Virus record (IMG/VR): IMGVR_UViG_3300028920_000040
Span: 1-64,000 of that record
From: a virus
Reading direction: 5' to 3' (one strand)
Length of the DNA stretch: 64,000 nt
Under the pieces are notes generated by a model that worked only from the letters and a program-made list of their open reading frames with translations, did not search any database and was not told the DNA's origin. Made by a program: the position numbers and the translations under genes. This document shows, one piece after another, positions 29,173 to 40,600 of this stretch. How positions within the stretch are numbered: position 1 is the stretch's first letter; each line of letters begins with the position of its first letter.

Positions 29173-29383
29173 TATTCTTGAATTAGAGTTTGAAATGTCA
29201 TATGCAATAAAGATTCCTTTTGATTACGATCAAAAAGAATATTATGAATTTTTATGGTTATATGAGAGGTTAGCTACTCAAAAAATAAGAGAACAAGAAC
29301 AACAAAACGAAGGTAGCGGACAAACTAATTTAGCGAACCACTTAGTAAATCCGATGCAAGGAGTAAGAAATGGCAGAAGATAA
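29102..29383 (+). CDS. Small hub-assembly/chaperone protein (gp51-like); start uncertain
   Basis: EYYEFLWLYERL pattern. Overlaps the end of the gp26-like gene in the +1 frame. Precedes the tape-measure-like gene. Confidence 0.55.
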   Translation: MEVYPRRGFRFAATSFFPRINLNDILELEFEMSYAIKIPFDYDQKEYYEFLWLYERLATQKIREQEQQNEGSGQTNLANHLVNPMQGVRNGRR

Positions 29384-31337
29384 TGGCATAAATAATCCAT
29401 TTCTACAATCTAAGTTTATAAAAAATCTTTTTGAGCAAAAGAACGGACAAGAGAATAAGTCACAAAAGACTGCCGAGCAGACTCTTGCTGAACTTAAAAC
29501 TCTTAATAAGCATGTAGTTGAAAATACTAAAATGCTTGTTAAGATGGGTACTAGTAAGGCAGGTTCGGCTAGTACAGCACAATCTAAAACAGAACAATTT
29601 TTTGCAAAGAAAGAAGACCCTAATAAAAAAATTAATAAGAATCTTGATGAAATTGAAGCATTAATGGCAGAAAGCAATAAACTTGCAAAAGAAAAGAAAA
29701 AGGGCAGTATTGATTGGATGAAAGGTATGGCAATGATCATGGGTCTTGGTGGTCTTGCCGGTTGGTTCTTTACAGGAAAAACAGAATTTTTACATTCTGC
29801 CGCTAAAGGACTTCTTAAATATTCTCCGTTTAAATTTATAATTAAAGCTTTTGATGGTGCATTTGCTAAAGCGATACCTTGGATAGGAAAAGGATTTAAA
29901 AAGATATTAACTATGGGTCCTTTGAAGAAGATGTGGCCAAAACTTGGAAAAGGATTATTAAATGTTTTTAAACCAGTTATAGGTTTGGCTAAAGGAATTG
30001 GAAAAATATTTAAACCTCTCGGTAAAATATTTGGAAAGACTGGAATGAAAGCTACAACTAAGACAGGCGGAAAATCATTCTTAAAAAAGGTTCCGTTTAT
30101 TGGTGGTTTAATAGGTCTCTTTTTTGGAATTCAGAGATTTAAGAAAGGAGATATTTTTGGTGGAATATTAGAAATTGCTTCTGGTCTTACTTCTATGATA
30201 CCTGTTCCTGTTCTTGGTACTGCTCTTGGAATAGGTATAGATTTATTTCTTCTTAGTAGAGATTTCAAAAAAAGTTTTGGTGGAGAAAAAAAACCCAAAC
30301 CTATTAGAAAGAAAGGTAAAATTAAGTGGGAGAATTTAAAATGGATTCCGGGCGTTGGTATTTTCGCTGGTATAATGTCTGGTATAAGTAAATGGAAATC
30401 TGGTGATAAGAAAGGTGCATTAGGCGAAATTGCATCTGGAATTATATCTGTTGTTCCTGGTGCTGGTTTATTATTAAATGGTGTCATGGGTTTAATAGGA
30501 ATGTTTTCAGGAAAAGACGCAAAAGAAAAAGCCGGCGAAACAATGAGTAAAATCGGAGATGCTTTAAAAAATCCTGCGGCTGCGGCTAAAGCAATCGCTG
30601 GTGGTGCAATGGGAGCAGCGAAGAAAGGAGCTAAAGCAATAGGAGGAATTGCTAAAGACCCAATTGGAGCGGCCAAATCATTGTTTAAAAAAACCAAATC
30701 AAAATTTTCGCCGGGAAAAATAATGGGAGGATTAAAATCTTTCTTCTGGTCACCGGGCGAAGAAGTTCCAGGTATTTTATTAGGAAATGAAAATGTTGAT
30801 ATATCTGGTATGAATCCTGATGTATGGAATAATTTTACAGCAATGGCATCAGAATATAAAGCACAGACTGGAGATAGTATTCAAGTTAATTCTGCATATA
30901 GAGACCCAGAATTACAGAAAAAATTATATGAGGCAGACCCAACTAAAGCCGCTCCACCAGGATCATCTTTGCATAATTATGGATATGCAATTGATATGCA
31001 AACGACTGATGCGAATGCATTAGATAGATTAGGATTATTTGATAAGTATGGTTTTTGGCGTCCCGGTCTTAATTGGAAAAGAAAAGAAACTTGGCATGTA
31101 GAACCAAAAGGAATTGATAGAACTGCCGTTAAACATATACAAGCAGATAGTCCAAGTGGTGATCCATTACCTGGTATTCATATACCACCAGATAAGACAA
31201 AGACAAATGTTCCAGAAATTCAACTTTCTCCATCGACAATAGATGCATTGGCGGCTAGTATGAGAAATGCAATGAAGGGATCAGTAAATATACCACAGGC
31301 CCCATCAATGCCAATAGCAACAGGAGCAAGAGACTAA
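29370..31337 (+). CDS. Tape-measure-like tail protein with C-terminal M15 (VanY-like) Zn peptidase
   Basis: Long Gly/Lys/Ala amphipathic helical region. C-terminal NSAYRD, SLHNYGYAID, ETWHVE (M15 H-x6-D...ExWH). Confidence 0.75.
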   Translation: MAEDNGINNPFLQSKFIKNLFEQKNGQENKSQKTAEQTLAELKTLNKHVVENTKMLVKMGTSKAGSASTAQSKTEQFFAKKEDPNKKINKNLDEIEALMAESNKLAKEKKKGSIDWMKGMAMIMGLGGLAGWFFTGKTEFLHSAAKGLLKYSPFKFIIKAFDGAFAKAIPWIGKGFKKILTMGPLKKMWPKLGKGLLNVFKPVIGLAKGIGKIFKPLGKIFGKTGMKATTKTGGKSFLKKVPFIGGLIGLFFGIQRFKKGDIFGGILEIASGLTSMIPVPVLGTALGIGIDLFLLSRDFKKSFGGEKKPKPIRKKGKIKWENLKWIPGVGIFAGIMSGISKWKSGDKKGALGEIASGIISVVPGAGLLLNGVMGLIGMFSGKDAKEKAGETMSKIGDALKNPAAAAKAIAGGAMGAAKKGAKAIGGIAKDPIGAAKSLFKKTKSKFSPGKIMGGLKSFFWSPGEEVPGILLGNENVDISGMNPDVWNNFTAMASEYKAQTGDSIQVNSAYRDPELQKKLYEADPTKAAPPGSSLHNYGYAIDMQTTDANALDRLGLFDKYGFWRPGLNWKRKETWHVEPKGIDRTAVKHIQADSPSGDPLPGIHIPPDKTKTNVPEIQLSPSTIDALAASMRNAMKGSVNIPQAPSMPIATGARD

Positions 31338-31338
31338 T

Positions 31339-32388
31339 ATGGGATTTACATTAGGAGCTTTAGATAAATCAGTTTTTACAAAAGATGCTTATAAGGCGGC
31401 TATAGAAGGTAATGGTCAAGGAACAGGATATTCTGTTATTACAATAAAGCCTGGAGCAAGACTTGGAACGGAAAATAACGATCCTCCTATTACAGGAGTT
31501 ATTGAAGATATGCCGGCGATTAGTCTTCAAGCTAGTTGGGAACAAATGGGTCTTCCTTTTGGACAGGTTCCTGCTGTACAACTTGTAGAAAAAGCAATGA
31601 ATTTCGTTAGCACTACTGCAAAATATGCTGGTGGAGCTCCATTAGGAGCCGCTTATAAAAGCAGAAAGATTTATTCTGGTGGTAGTTATTTAAATATAGA
31701 TACTAAAATAAAAATCGTTGATTGGTCAGGATCATCCGATCCAATTCTTGCGTCTGCTTTACTTTCTTATTATGTTTTACCAAGTGATATTCTTAGAACA
31801 GGTGAAAAAGCTAAAGGTCTTGGAACAAAATTAATACAAGGCGGTGTTGAATTAGCAGGAGACGCTAAAGAAAAAATTGAATCTACTTTTAGAGAAAAAA
31901 TTGCAGAACTTCAACAAAAGAAAGATGATAAAGGAAATTTAATTCCAGCAGCAAAAACTGCGGAAGCAACGGAAGGAATAGTTAAAAAATCTCTTAAATT
32001 TGCATCTGATACTTCAGACACACTACATACATTTTCTGATCTTGAAACCGTTAAATCAACAGGAGAACAATTAAGTAGAAATTTAATAGAAGGAGCTGAT
32101 GATTTATTTACATTGAGAAGTGCTCCAACCCCGGTTGAAGTTCGTATTGGTCAGTTTTTTTATCATACAGATATGGTAATCGAAAGTATAACATGTAACT
32201 TTTCTAAACAAATGACAAAATATGGTCCTCTATGGGTAGATATAGATTTAAAATTATCAAGCAGAAGACATATTGTTAGTCTTGAAGATTTAGGATTAAA
32301 ATTACCATATTCAGAAAAGAGAGTTACTTTTAAATCGGCCGAAGCGGCTATTGCACCAAGAGGCCCGACATTTAATCAAGGATTTTAA
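31339..32388 (+). CDS. Baseplate/tail tube cap-like protein (gp48 position)
   Basis: C-terminal PTPVEVRIG..MVIESITCNFS..GPLWVDIDLKL pattern, plus synteny. Confidence 0.5.
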   Translation: MGFTLGALDKSVFTKDAYKAAIEGNGQGTGYSVITIKPGARLGTENNDPPITGVIEDMPAISLQASWEQMGLPFGQVPAVQLVEKAMNFVSTTAKYAGGAPLGAAYKSRKIYSGGSYLNIDTKIKIVDWSGSSDPILASALLSYYVLPSDILRTGEKAKGLGTKLIQGGVELAGDAKEKIESTFREKIAELQQKKDDKGNLIPAAKTAEATEGIVKKSLKFASDTSDTLHTFSDLETVKSTGEQLSRNLIEGADDLFTLRSAPTPVEVRIGQFFYHTDMVIESITCNFSKQMTKYGPLWVDIDLKLSSRRHIVSLEDLGLKLPYSEKRVTFKSAEAAIAPRGPTFNQGF

Positions 32389-32390
32389 AA

Positions 32391-32717
32391 ATGGCACTTT
32401 TTAATAGAACGCTTTTTTATGAAAAAGAAACAATAGATAATATTTTAGAAAACGATTTAGTAAGAAATCATTTTGATCTTTTTAAAATTAAAAGACCAAC
32501 AACTTTTTTTACTGTTTCTAGAAGTTATATACAACGTCCCGATCTTTTATCTTTGAAATTATATGGAAATACTCAATATTGGTGGATCGTTGCTAGGTTT
32601 AATCAAATAGATGACTTTTGGAACGATTTAAATGTTGGTGATGTTATAAGAGTCCCAAATAAAGAAGATATAGAAGATTGGTATTTAGAGGTTAAAGCTT
32701 CTTTAAATAGGGGATAA
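32391..32717 (+). CDS. Baseplate wedge LysM-like protein (T4 gp53-like)
   Basis: RPDLLSLKLYGNTQYWWIVARFNQI..GDVIRVP. Confidence 0.8.
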   Translation: MALFNRTLFYEKETIDNILENDLVRNHFDLFKIKRPTTFFTVSRSYIQRPDLLSLKLYGNTQYWWIVARFNQIDDFWNDLNVGDVIRVPNKEDIEDWYLEVKASLNRG

Positions 32718-32718
32718 T

Positions 32719-33924
32719 ATGTCCATTGGTCAACCAGCAGGACAACAATTTTATTGTAAAGTCAGAATTAAAGATAACGATTTTCCTTCTCCTAATATAG
32801 TAAGTATTAATATAAGAGAATGGGCAGTCGATATTCTTCCTCGTTTAGAACTTACTATGTATGAGGATGGTTTTCTTATTGAATCATTTCCACTAGAAGA
32901 TAACGAAGAAATATTTGTGACTCTTGCCAGACAAGAAGATTCTGAAAATAGAATAGAATTGACTTTTAATTTACTTGACTATGCAGTAGCACAAGCTGGT
33001 GATGGCGATAAAGCAAAACTCGTAACAATTACAGGATATCTTAAAAATAATGGAATTTTTAAATCTAAAAGTAGAAGATTTAAAAACAATAGCTCGATTG
33101 ATATTTTTAGAAGAATTGCTAGAGAAGAAGGAATCAAATTTAAAAATCCAAGAAATGTTAAAACTAAAGATAATATGACTTGGTATCAGGCAGGACTAAC
33201 TAACTATCAATTCATTCGTCACGTTCTTCAAAGAGCCAATGTAATAAATGATATTCCTTTCTTTTATGCAAATGTTGAAAATGAGTTTGTATTTACAAGT
33301 CTCGTTAAAGAAATGAAGAAAAAAGAATCTCGTATTGCAAAATATAATGTAGATAAATCTGAATACTTAGTTGAAGATAATAATGATAAGGATAAAACTA
33401 TATACTATAATTCTTATGATATAGTTAATGCTTCAGGATATATAAACAGAAAAATTGCATATGGAGCATCATATAGTTATTACGATTTAAGAAAAAATAA
33501 TGACGGAGAATATAATGATATTGACTTGATGACACAACTATCATTTAGAAATAAAGATTTAGTTGGAAAATCATCATATGATGGAAGAGGATGTTTTGGA
33601 GCATTTAATGATAATCTTTATAGTGAAAATTTTTATAAAGCAATGGTTAGAAATTGTCTTCTTAAACAAAACTTTTTTGCTTTTTCAATATCTATTAGTG
33701 TAAATGCTATAAATGATATTCGTTTATTTGATAAAATAAATTTGTCTTTTCCAACAGTGCTTCCAAATGGAACTGTAAATAATGAAGTAATGTCAGGAGA
33801 ATATTTAGTTGGTGGAATAGTTCATAGTGTTGCTGCGGGTGGTATATATACTAAACTGGTATCATTACATAGAAACGGAATGAATAGATCATCTAGTGTT
33901 AGATTTCCAATGGTGGATAGTTAA
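32719..33924 (+). CDS. Baseplate hub protein (gp27-like)
   Basis: About 400 aa, between gp53-like and gp5-like genes. SGEYLVGGIVH C-terminal motif. Confidence 0.6.
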   Translation: MSIGQPAGQQFYCKVRIKDNDFPSPNIVSINIREWAVDILPRLELTMYEDGFLIESFPLEDNEEIFVTLARQEDSENRIELTFNLLDYAVAQAGDGDKAKLVTITGYLKNNGIFKSKSRRFKNNSSIDIFRRIAREEGIKFKNPRNVKTKDNMTWYQAGLTNYQFIRHVLQRANVINDIPFFYANVENEFVFTSLVKEMKKKESRIAKYNVDKSEYLVEDNNDKDKTIYYNSYDIVNASGYINRKIAYGASYSYYDLRKNNDGEYNDIDLMTQLSFRNKDLVGKSSYDGRGCFGAFNDNLYSENFYKAMVRNCLLKQNFFAFSISISVNAINDIRLFDKINLSFPTVLPNGTVNNEVMSGEYLVGGIVHSVAAGGIYTKLVSLHRNGMNRSSSVRFPMVDS

Positions 33925-33925
33925 T

Positions 33926-34639
33926 ATGAAAGAAGAAGACCTTAATATTCGAAAAACAATTGCTCAGGATATTACAAAGACCTTAAAAAATTTTCTTGAT
34001 GAAAATCTACCTGGTTCTTATGATAATAGTTATGTTGGTAAAGTAGTCAATAATAAAGACCCAGAGAAAATAGGTCGCTGTAAGATCAGAGTTTATGGTG
34101 TGTTTGGGGATGAGGTACCAGATAGGGATTTACCTTGGGCAACACCAGACTTTACGTTCGTTGGAAGTAAAAAAGGATCGTTTATTGTACCTCCTGAAGA
34201 TACAATAGTTAAGGTTTATTTTGATAATGGAGAACTGTATCTTCCTAAGTACAGTACTAAGATCGTTGATAAGAGCAATCTTCCTAGTGAGAGATTGAAA
34301 AATTATCCTGATAATATGGTTTTCTTTGAAACAGACGAGGGAGACTTCTTTACGATAAATAGAAAGACAGGGTTTGTTAAATTTTATCATGGAAGATCAA
34401 AGAGTTTTGTGACGATTGATAAATTGGGAAATATGATAATAGACGTGGAGGGATCGCCAATAGGAACAATTACAATTAATGCAAAGACTAAAGTAGAAGT
34501 AAATTCTCCATTAGTCACTATTCCTCATACTGCATTAGGTACAGTTGTACCAGACCCAACCGGAGGTCCTTTTAATTGTCTATTACTTGATCCTGTAACT
34601 GGAGCTGTACACCAAGGAACGGATAATTTTAATACTTAA
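33926..34639 (+). CDS. Baseplate spike, gp5/VgrG OB-fold protein lacking a lysozyme domain
   Basis: GKVVNNKDPEKIGRCKIRVYGV..LPWATP..VKVYFDNG. ATG 33926 preferred over 33896. Confidence 0.8.
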   Translation: MKEEDLNIRKTIAQDITKTLKNFLDENLPGSYDNSYVGKVVNNKDPEKIGRCKIRVYGVFGDEVPDRDLPWATPDFTFVGSKKGSFIVPPEDTIVKVYFDNGELYLPKYSTKIVDKSNLPSERLKNYPDNMVFFETDEGDFFTINRKTGFVKFYHGRSKSFVTIDKLGNMIIDVEGSPIGTITINAKTKVEVNSPLVTIPHTALGTVVPDPTGGPFNCLLLDPVTGAVHQGTDNFNT

Positions 34640-34641
34640 AT

Positions 34642-37600
34642 ATGGCAATTAATAGAAGAATAAACAAACAAGATATTTGGACAGTCGTACAAATTTTTAA
34701 AAGGAACTTAGTAGATCAAAGTTCCGAAAAATTTATAGGACTTGATGCAGGTAATCTTAGAAGACAAGGAGTTCCTGAACAACAAATTGTTGGTACTTCT
34801 GCCAGCTTCTTTACGCCTTATTACGAGTCTGATGGTGCATATACAAATATTGCTTCTGCCGCTCCTCTTGAAGTATTAGCCGACCAGTTATTACAAGAAT
34901 GGACAGATTATATTCTTACCTCTGCTGATCTTATTCAGATTTATGTTGTAGATAGTCAACTAGAACAACTTGCTCTTTATTCTACTTCAGGAGTTAAAAG
35001 AGGCGACTTATGCATGAGAACTGATATCAGTGCTTCTTATGTAGCATTGAATAGAAGTGCGAGTGCAATGGACGATTGGCAAATCTTTCCTCAATGGTAT
35101 CACGACGATCGTTATTATACACAAGAACAAATCGATGCAATGTTTTCATCTAGTGGTACTGGAGGAAGTTTTACATTTAGAGGATTATGGGATACTCCAT
35201 CTAGTTATAATTCTCAAGGTGGAAAAGGAGTTCGTGTTAATACTGCCGAAACAGGACTTGAGTTTTATGAAATAACCTCAGCGGCATCTACGTCTAGTGT
35301 ATCTGCATTTACACAATTAAGTGATACACCATCAAATTATTCGGGAGAAGGTGGTAAGGGAGTACGAGTTAATACTGGAGAAAATGCTCTTGAGTTTTAT
35401 GTTTTATCTGCTGGTACTACTGATGAAAAGGTTGCTGTCGATTCTGGTGCTACACCGGGATATCTTGGCGCAACTTCTGCTGATGGTGTATTGAGAACTA
35501 GCGATCCAATGACATATAATGATGGTGGTGATTATGTAACTCTTGGTGTAGATAAATCGAAAATTAATTTATCTGATCTTGGTACTTCTGCACATACTCA
35601 TGTTGAAGCTGATATTACAGACTTGACTCATTATACTACTGCCGATTGGAATACAGATTTTGGTAATGCATCATTAAGCGGAATTGGTACTTCTGCACAT
35701 ATGCATTCGACGAGTGATATTATTGGATACTCCGACTCATGGACTTCTGTTAGTGGAAATTATTATACAAAGACAAGTGCTGATAATACATTCGCACCAA
35801 TAGTACATACTCATATATTTTCTGCTTTTACTGGACTATCAGATACACCATCGAGTTATTCTGGACAGACTGGCAAAGGATTGCGTGTTAATGGTGGAGA
35901 AACGGGATTAGAATTTTATACTCCAGTTACAGATACAGATGAAAAGGTTGCTGTTGTTAGTAGTGCGACTGCTGGTTATTTAGGAAATACAAGTGCTGAT
36001 GGAGTATTAAGAACTGCGGAACCATTAACATATAATGATGGTGGAGACTATATTACTATTGGTCTTAACAAGTCTGGAATCAATCTTTCTGATCTTGGAT
36101 CGTCTGCACACACTCATAGTGCAAGTGATATAACTCAAAATGGAACCCCATATTATATTCCAAGATATGATATATCCGGAACACAATTTGAAGATAGTAG
36201 TATTTCTACAAATGCGGCCGGAAATGTGTGTATAGGAGGAATAACATATACTGATATATTAACTATAGTAGACGGTAATTATCAAGGTACAGTATATGTT
36301 ACACAACAGAATAGTGCAACATACGATACTCAAAATACTTGTACATATAGACAACAAATTTATAATGAAACTCCTGCAATGAAATCTGCAATGGAGTTGA
36401 ATTCTAGATTAAACTTTAATACGCCAGGCAATGAGAATAGTACAGTATGGATCAATGTACTTGCTGGTGGTAGCCCATTAAATATTTTACAATTAGAATA
36501 TTCAAGCGCAAAAGCATTAATTACGGCTAGTAGTTATTTGAATATTAGTTCAATTGATAACTTAATTGCGGCTTCTAATGCTTATCTTGTTTCAGATAGT
36601 GGCGAAGTTAAATATAAAACGGCTGCACAAGTATTATCGGACATAGGTGCCGCTTCAGTTTCGGCAGTTGTTAGTGGAACTGGAACAATAAATTATATAC
36701 CTAAATGGAATTCTTCTACTGGATTAACCGATAGTAATGCATATGATAGTGGTTCAAAATTTATATTTGAAGAACCAATTGGGGTTGTTTCTACAGTTCA
36801 ACCACAAATTCAGCTTATATATACGAGTGGTTCAAGATTTGCAAATCTTGGTGTAGACTCTACTGGTCTTTTAACTTTTAGTGCAGCAGGAACAAATCCA
36901 AGATTTAAGTTTGAAAATAATATTGGTATTGGTGTAACTCCAAGTAATACACATCAAATCTATACTCGTGGTGCCTCTGCTCCACAATTAAAGTTTGAAT
37001 ATGATATTAATAACTTTTTTACTGTTTCCATTTCTAGTTTAGGATTTATTACATTTGATGCCCAGGGAGCAGGAACGACTGGATTTCAATTTAGTGATCC
37101 TCTTACATTGACATCGGTAGCTAATGCTACTTCAAATACAAATAAATTTTTGGTATTAGATTCTAATATTGTTAAGTACAGAACCTCGGCAGAAATGTTG
37201 AGTGATATTGGTGCTGCTTCTGTTACTGCTTTAAGTGGAGAAGCAAATACGGCATCCAATCAGGGTGGCGCCAATGAATTATTTATTCAAAAAACTGGAG
37301 ACGATTTAGAATTTAGAACATTATCGGCCGGTCCTGGTGTGAGTATTATAAGTGGTACTAATGTATTAACTTTCTCTGCTGATGTTAGTGCTTCTGAAAT
37401 TGCTGGTACTCCAAACTACTATGCTAGGTTCAATGGTACCGGAGACAATGTTGAAGACTCAATGTTAGTAGATGATGGGTCACAAACATTATCGGCTTAT
37501 GCAAAAATAGTGTTCCCATATGGTATCATTAACGCAAAAACAAGCGATTCGTGGTTTGATATTTTTCAAAATACAGAAGACGGTTCAGATACTAAAGCAA

Positions 37601-40600
37601 CTAGAATTGGTGGCGGTGGTGATGTTTCATCCAATCGTGGGGCTTATATTGCTTTATATGGAAATGAACGAGCAACTCTTAGTGGTGATCTTCAATTAGT
37701 TCCGGGCACTGCTGGTAATATTAAAATGGAAGGCATCGATGCTGGTGATGATTCATATACAGGAATTCTTATTATTGATTCCACAACTGTCCAACGTAGA
37801 AGCACTACACAATTAGCGAGTGATATTGAAGGAAGTATTGATCATACTGCATTGAGTAATTTGAATAGTTCAAGTTATTATCATCTTACATCAGCGAATC
37901 ATAATACATTAACAAATGGTTTATTAGCTGATAGTTTACATCATCATGATGGTTTGTGGGAATCAGATAATGGTCAACAAAAAGTATATGTTACTAGTAA
38001 TGGATGGGTTGGTATTGGAGCCAATGGAATTCAAAACGCACAATTATATGTTTATAGAAATTATATTAATGCTACAACATCTTATGGAATATACGAAGAT
38101 ACCGAAATTAATATAACAGAAGATGGTACATATTATAATATTGGAATTTATACCGATCCAACAACAATAATATCGGCTGGAGTTACAGATAGTGGATATT
38201 TAATTGGTACCAGAACATATGCTTTAAGAAATAGTTCTGCTGATAATGGAACTTTAAATACTTTATATGGTTTGGAAATGGCATATGGTCATTATACTGG
38301 TGCTGGAACATCAGCCCAAACAAATACAGCATACGGAATTTATATAAGACCATTTCAAGATGCTGGAAATATTACAACAAGATATGGATTGGCAATTGAT
38401 ACACCAACTGGAAGTAATGTAGAAAACGAATGGGGAATTTATGTCGCTGATGATGCTCCAAACTATTTTGCTGGTACTATAAAAATTAATACTATTGATA
38501 GTGCAAGTGCTGATTATGATAAGATACTTGTTTCAAATGGTGGAATAATAGAATATAGAACTGGTGCAGAAGTATTAAGCGACATTGGTGCCGCTCATAC
38601 ATCTGCTCTTTATACTTCTGCTGATTGGTACACCGAATTTGGTAATGCTTCATTAAGTCAAATTGGAACATCTGCTCATACTCACGTTGAAGCAGATATA
38701 ACTGATCTTACTCATTATACTAGTGCTAATTTCTATAATGATTTAGGAACAGCATCATTAAGCGATTTGGGATCAAGTGCCCATAATCATGTAAAATCAG
38801 AAATTACAGATTTTGGAAATTATGTTTCAGCAACAGCTTTAACAGGAACACAATATCGCATACCAAGGTTCGCCACCACATCAACTTTAGAAAACTCTCC
38901 AATTTACACAGATTCTAATAACAATGCCGTTGGTATTAATGTTAATGCTCAATGGACATCATCTTATCATTGGTATCTTAATGTTGAAACGGATATGGAT
39001 GTTCCTTCGGATGATACTTTGTATGTAATAGGACAATCTGTTTCAGATGGTTCAATTTCTATTCCATCAAGTGCTACAAATTCTGGTTATTTAATGGGTG
39101 TACAGTCATCTATGTTGATAGATGATGCTGAATTTGAAGGAACAATAGGTAGTGTTTATGGAGCAAGAATTGATGCAGGAACATATACTTCGGCTGTTTC
39201 TGGCACAATTGATGGTGTTTATGGTATTAGAATAAGAATATTTAAAGGGGATAATGCAACTCATAATAGTTCATATGGAATATATCAAGAGTCAGATTAT
39301 GATAGTGTTGTAAACTATTTTGAAGATTCAATAGGAATCGGTATTATACCACAATATTCTTTAGATGTTTCAGGAACATTAATAAGATTTCAAAGATCAA
39401 CTAAAGATTTATATATTAATCCTAATTATGGTGATGCTAATAATTATGCCGCTATTTATACCAAGTCTGATGAAAACATGGCACTAAGACTTGGGGCAAC
39501 TGAAAATGTTAATCAATTAGTTCTTAATACAAATGGTAATGTTGGTGTTGGTGCTGATCCATCAACACAAGCACATTTCTATGTTGCTGATACCACATTA
39601 AATATTTCAGCCGATTATTTTCCAATTTATTTTTATCATGTAAAAACAGATGGTGCATCCGATGAAAATACAGATTTATGGGGAATAAGAAATGATTTAA
39701 GATATAATCAATCATCTGGAATACTTGGTAACACAATAGTTAATTATAATTATTTTTCACATACAAATGGAGAAATTGGAACATCAGCGGTTGCAAGATA
39801 TCTTTATGGTCTTGATTATAAAGCATCATTACTTGGAGGTATAATTCATGGTGGAGTTCAAGGTACCCGTGGTGAAATCGATCAGGGTAGTGGACATATA
39901 ATTGAATCAGATGTAAGAGCAATTGGAGCTATTGTTTATGGTGGAGGACAAATTGATAGTCATGTTTATGGTGTAAGAGCAGAAGCTAGACTAGAAGCTA
40001 CTGGTTCTTGGGGTGGTACGGCTTATGGTGCATATAATTATGTTAATTTAGATGGTGGAACTGTTGGTGGTAATGTAGTTGGAACAAAATCATATGTAAA
40101 TCAAGTATCGGGAAATGATGTTAATAATAATATTTTTGGATCAGATGTAGAATTACATCTTTCTGGTACTTCTGTTGATGTTTATGGTCATCGTGATGTA
40201 ATATCAGTATTAGATAATTGTAATATATCTGACGATGTTTATGGAAAATATACTCGTATTAATTTGGAGTCTGGTAGTACTGTAGATGGTGTATTTGGAA
40301 ATTATATATTTCTTAATCAAGATGGTGGTACGATTAATACAAACGCATATGCGTTATGGGTAGAAGCTGATATGGATGGAACCGTTGGTTCTACAACGCT
40401 TGGTCGTTTTTATGCCAATAGTAACATAGATTATGGTGTGACAGTAAGAGGCGACATTGGCACACATTTTCAGCTTGAATATGATGGCTCCAATTACATG
40501 AATATCAAAATGGCTTTTAATGGAGCTACTACTTTTGATGCTGTTGGTAATGGAGCCATATTCAACTTTTTAGATCCTTTGTTTATTGATTCTGGAATTT

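Noticed and set aside
30131-30697. 188-aa minus-strand ORF inside the tape-measure-like gene
   Set aside because: Antisense shadow of Gly/Ala/Lys-rich sequence. No independent signals.
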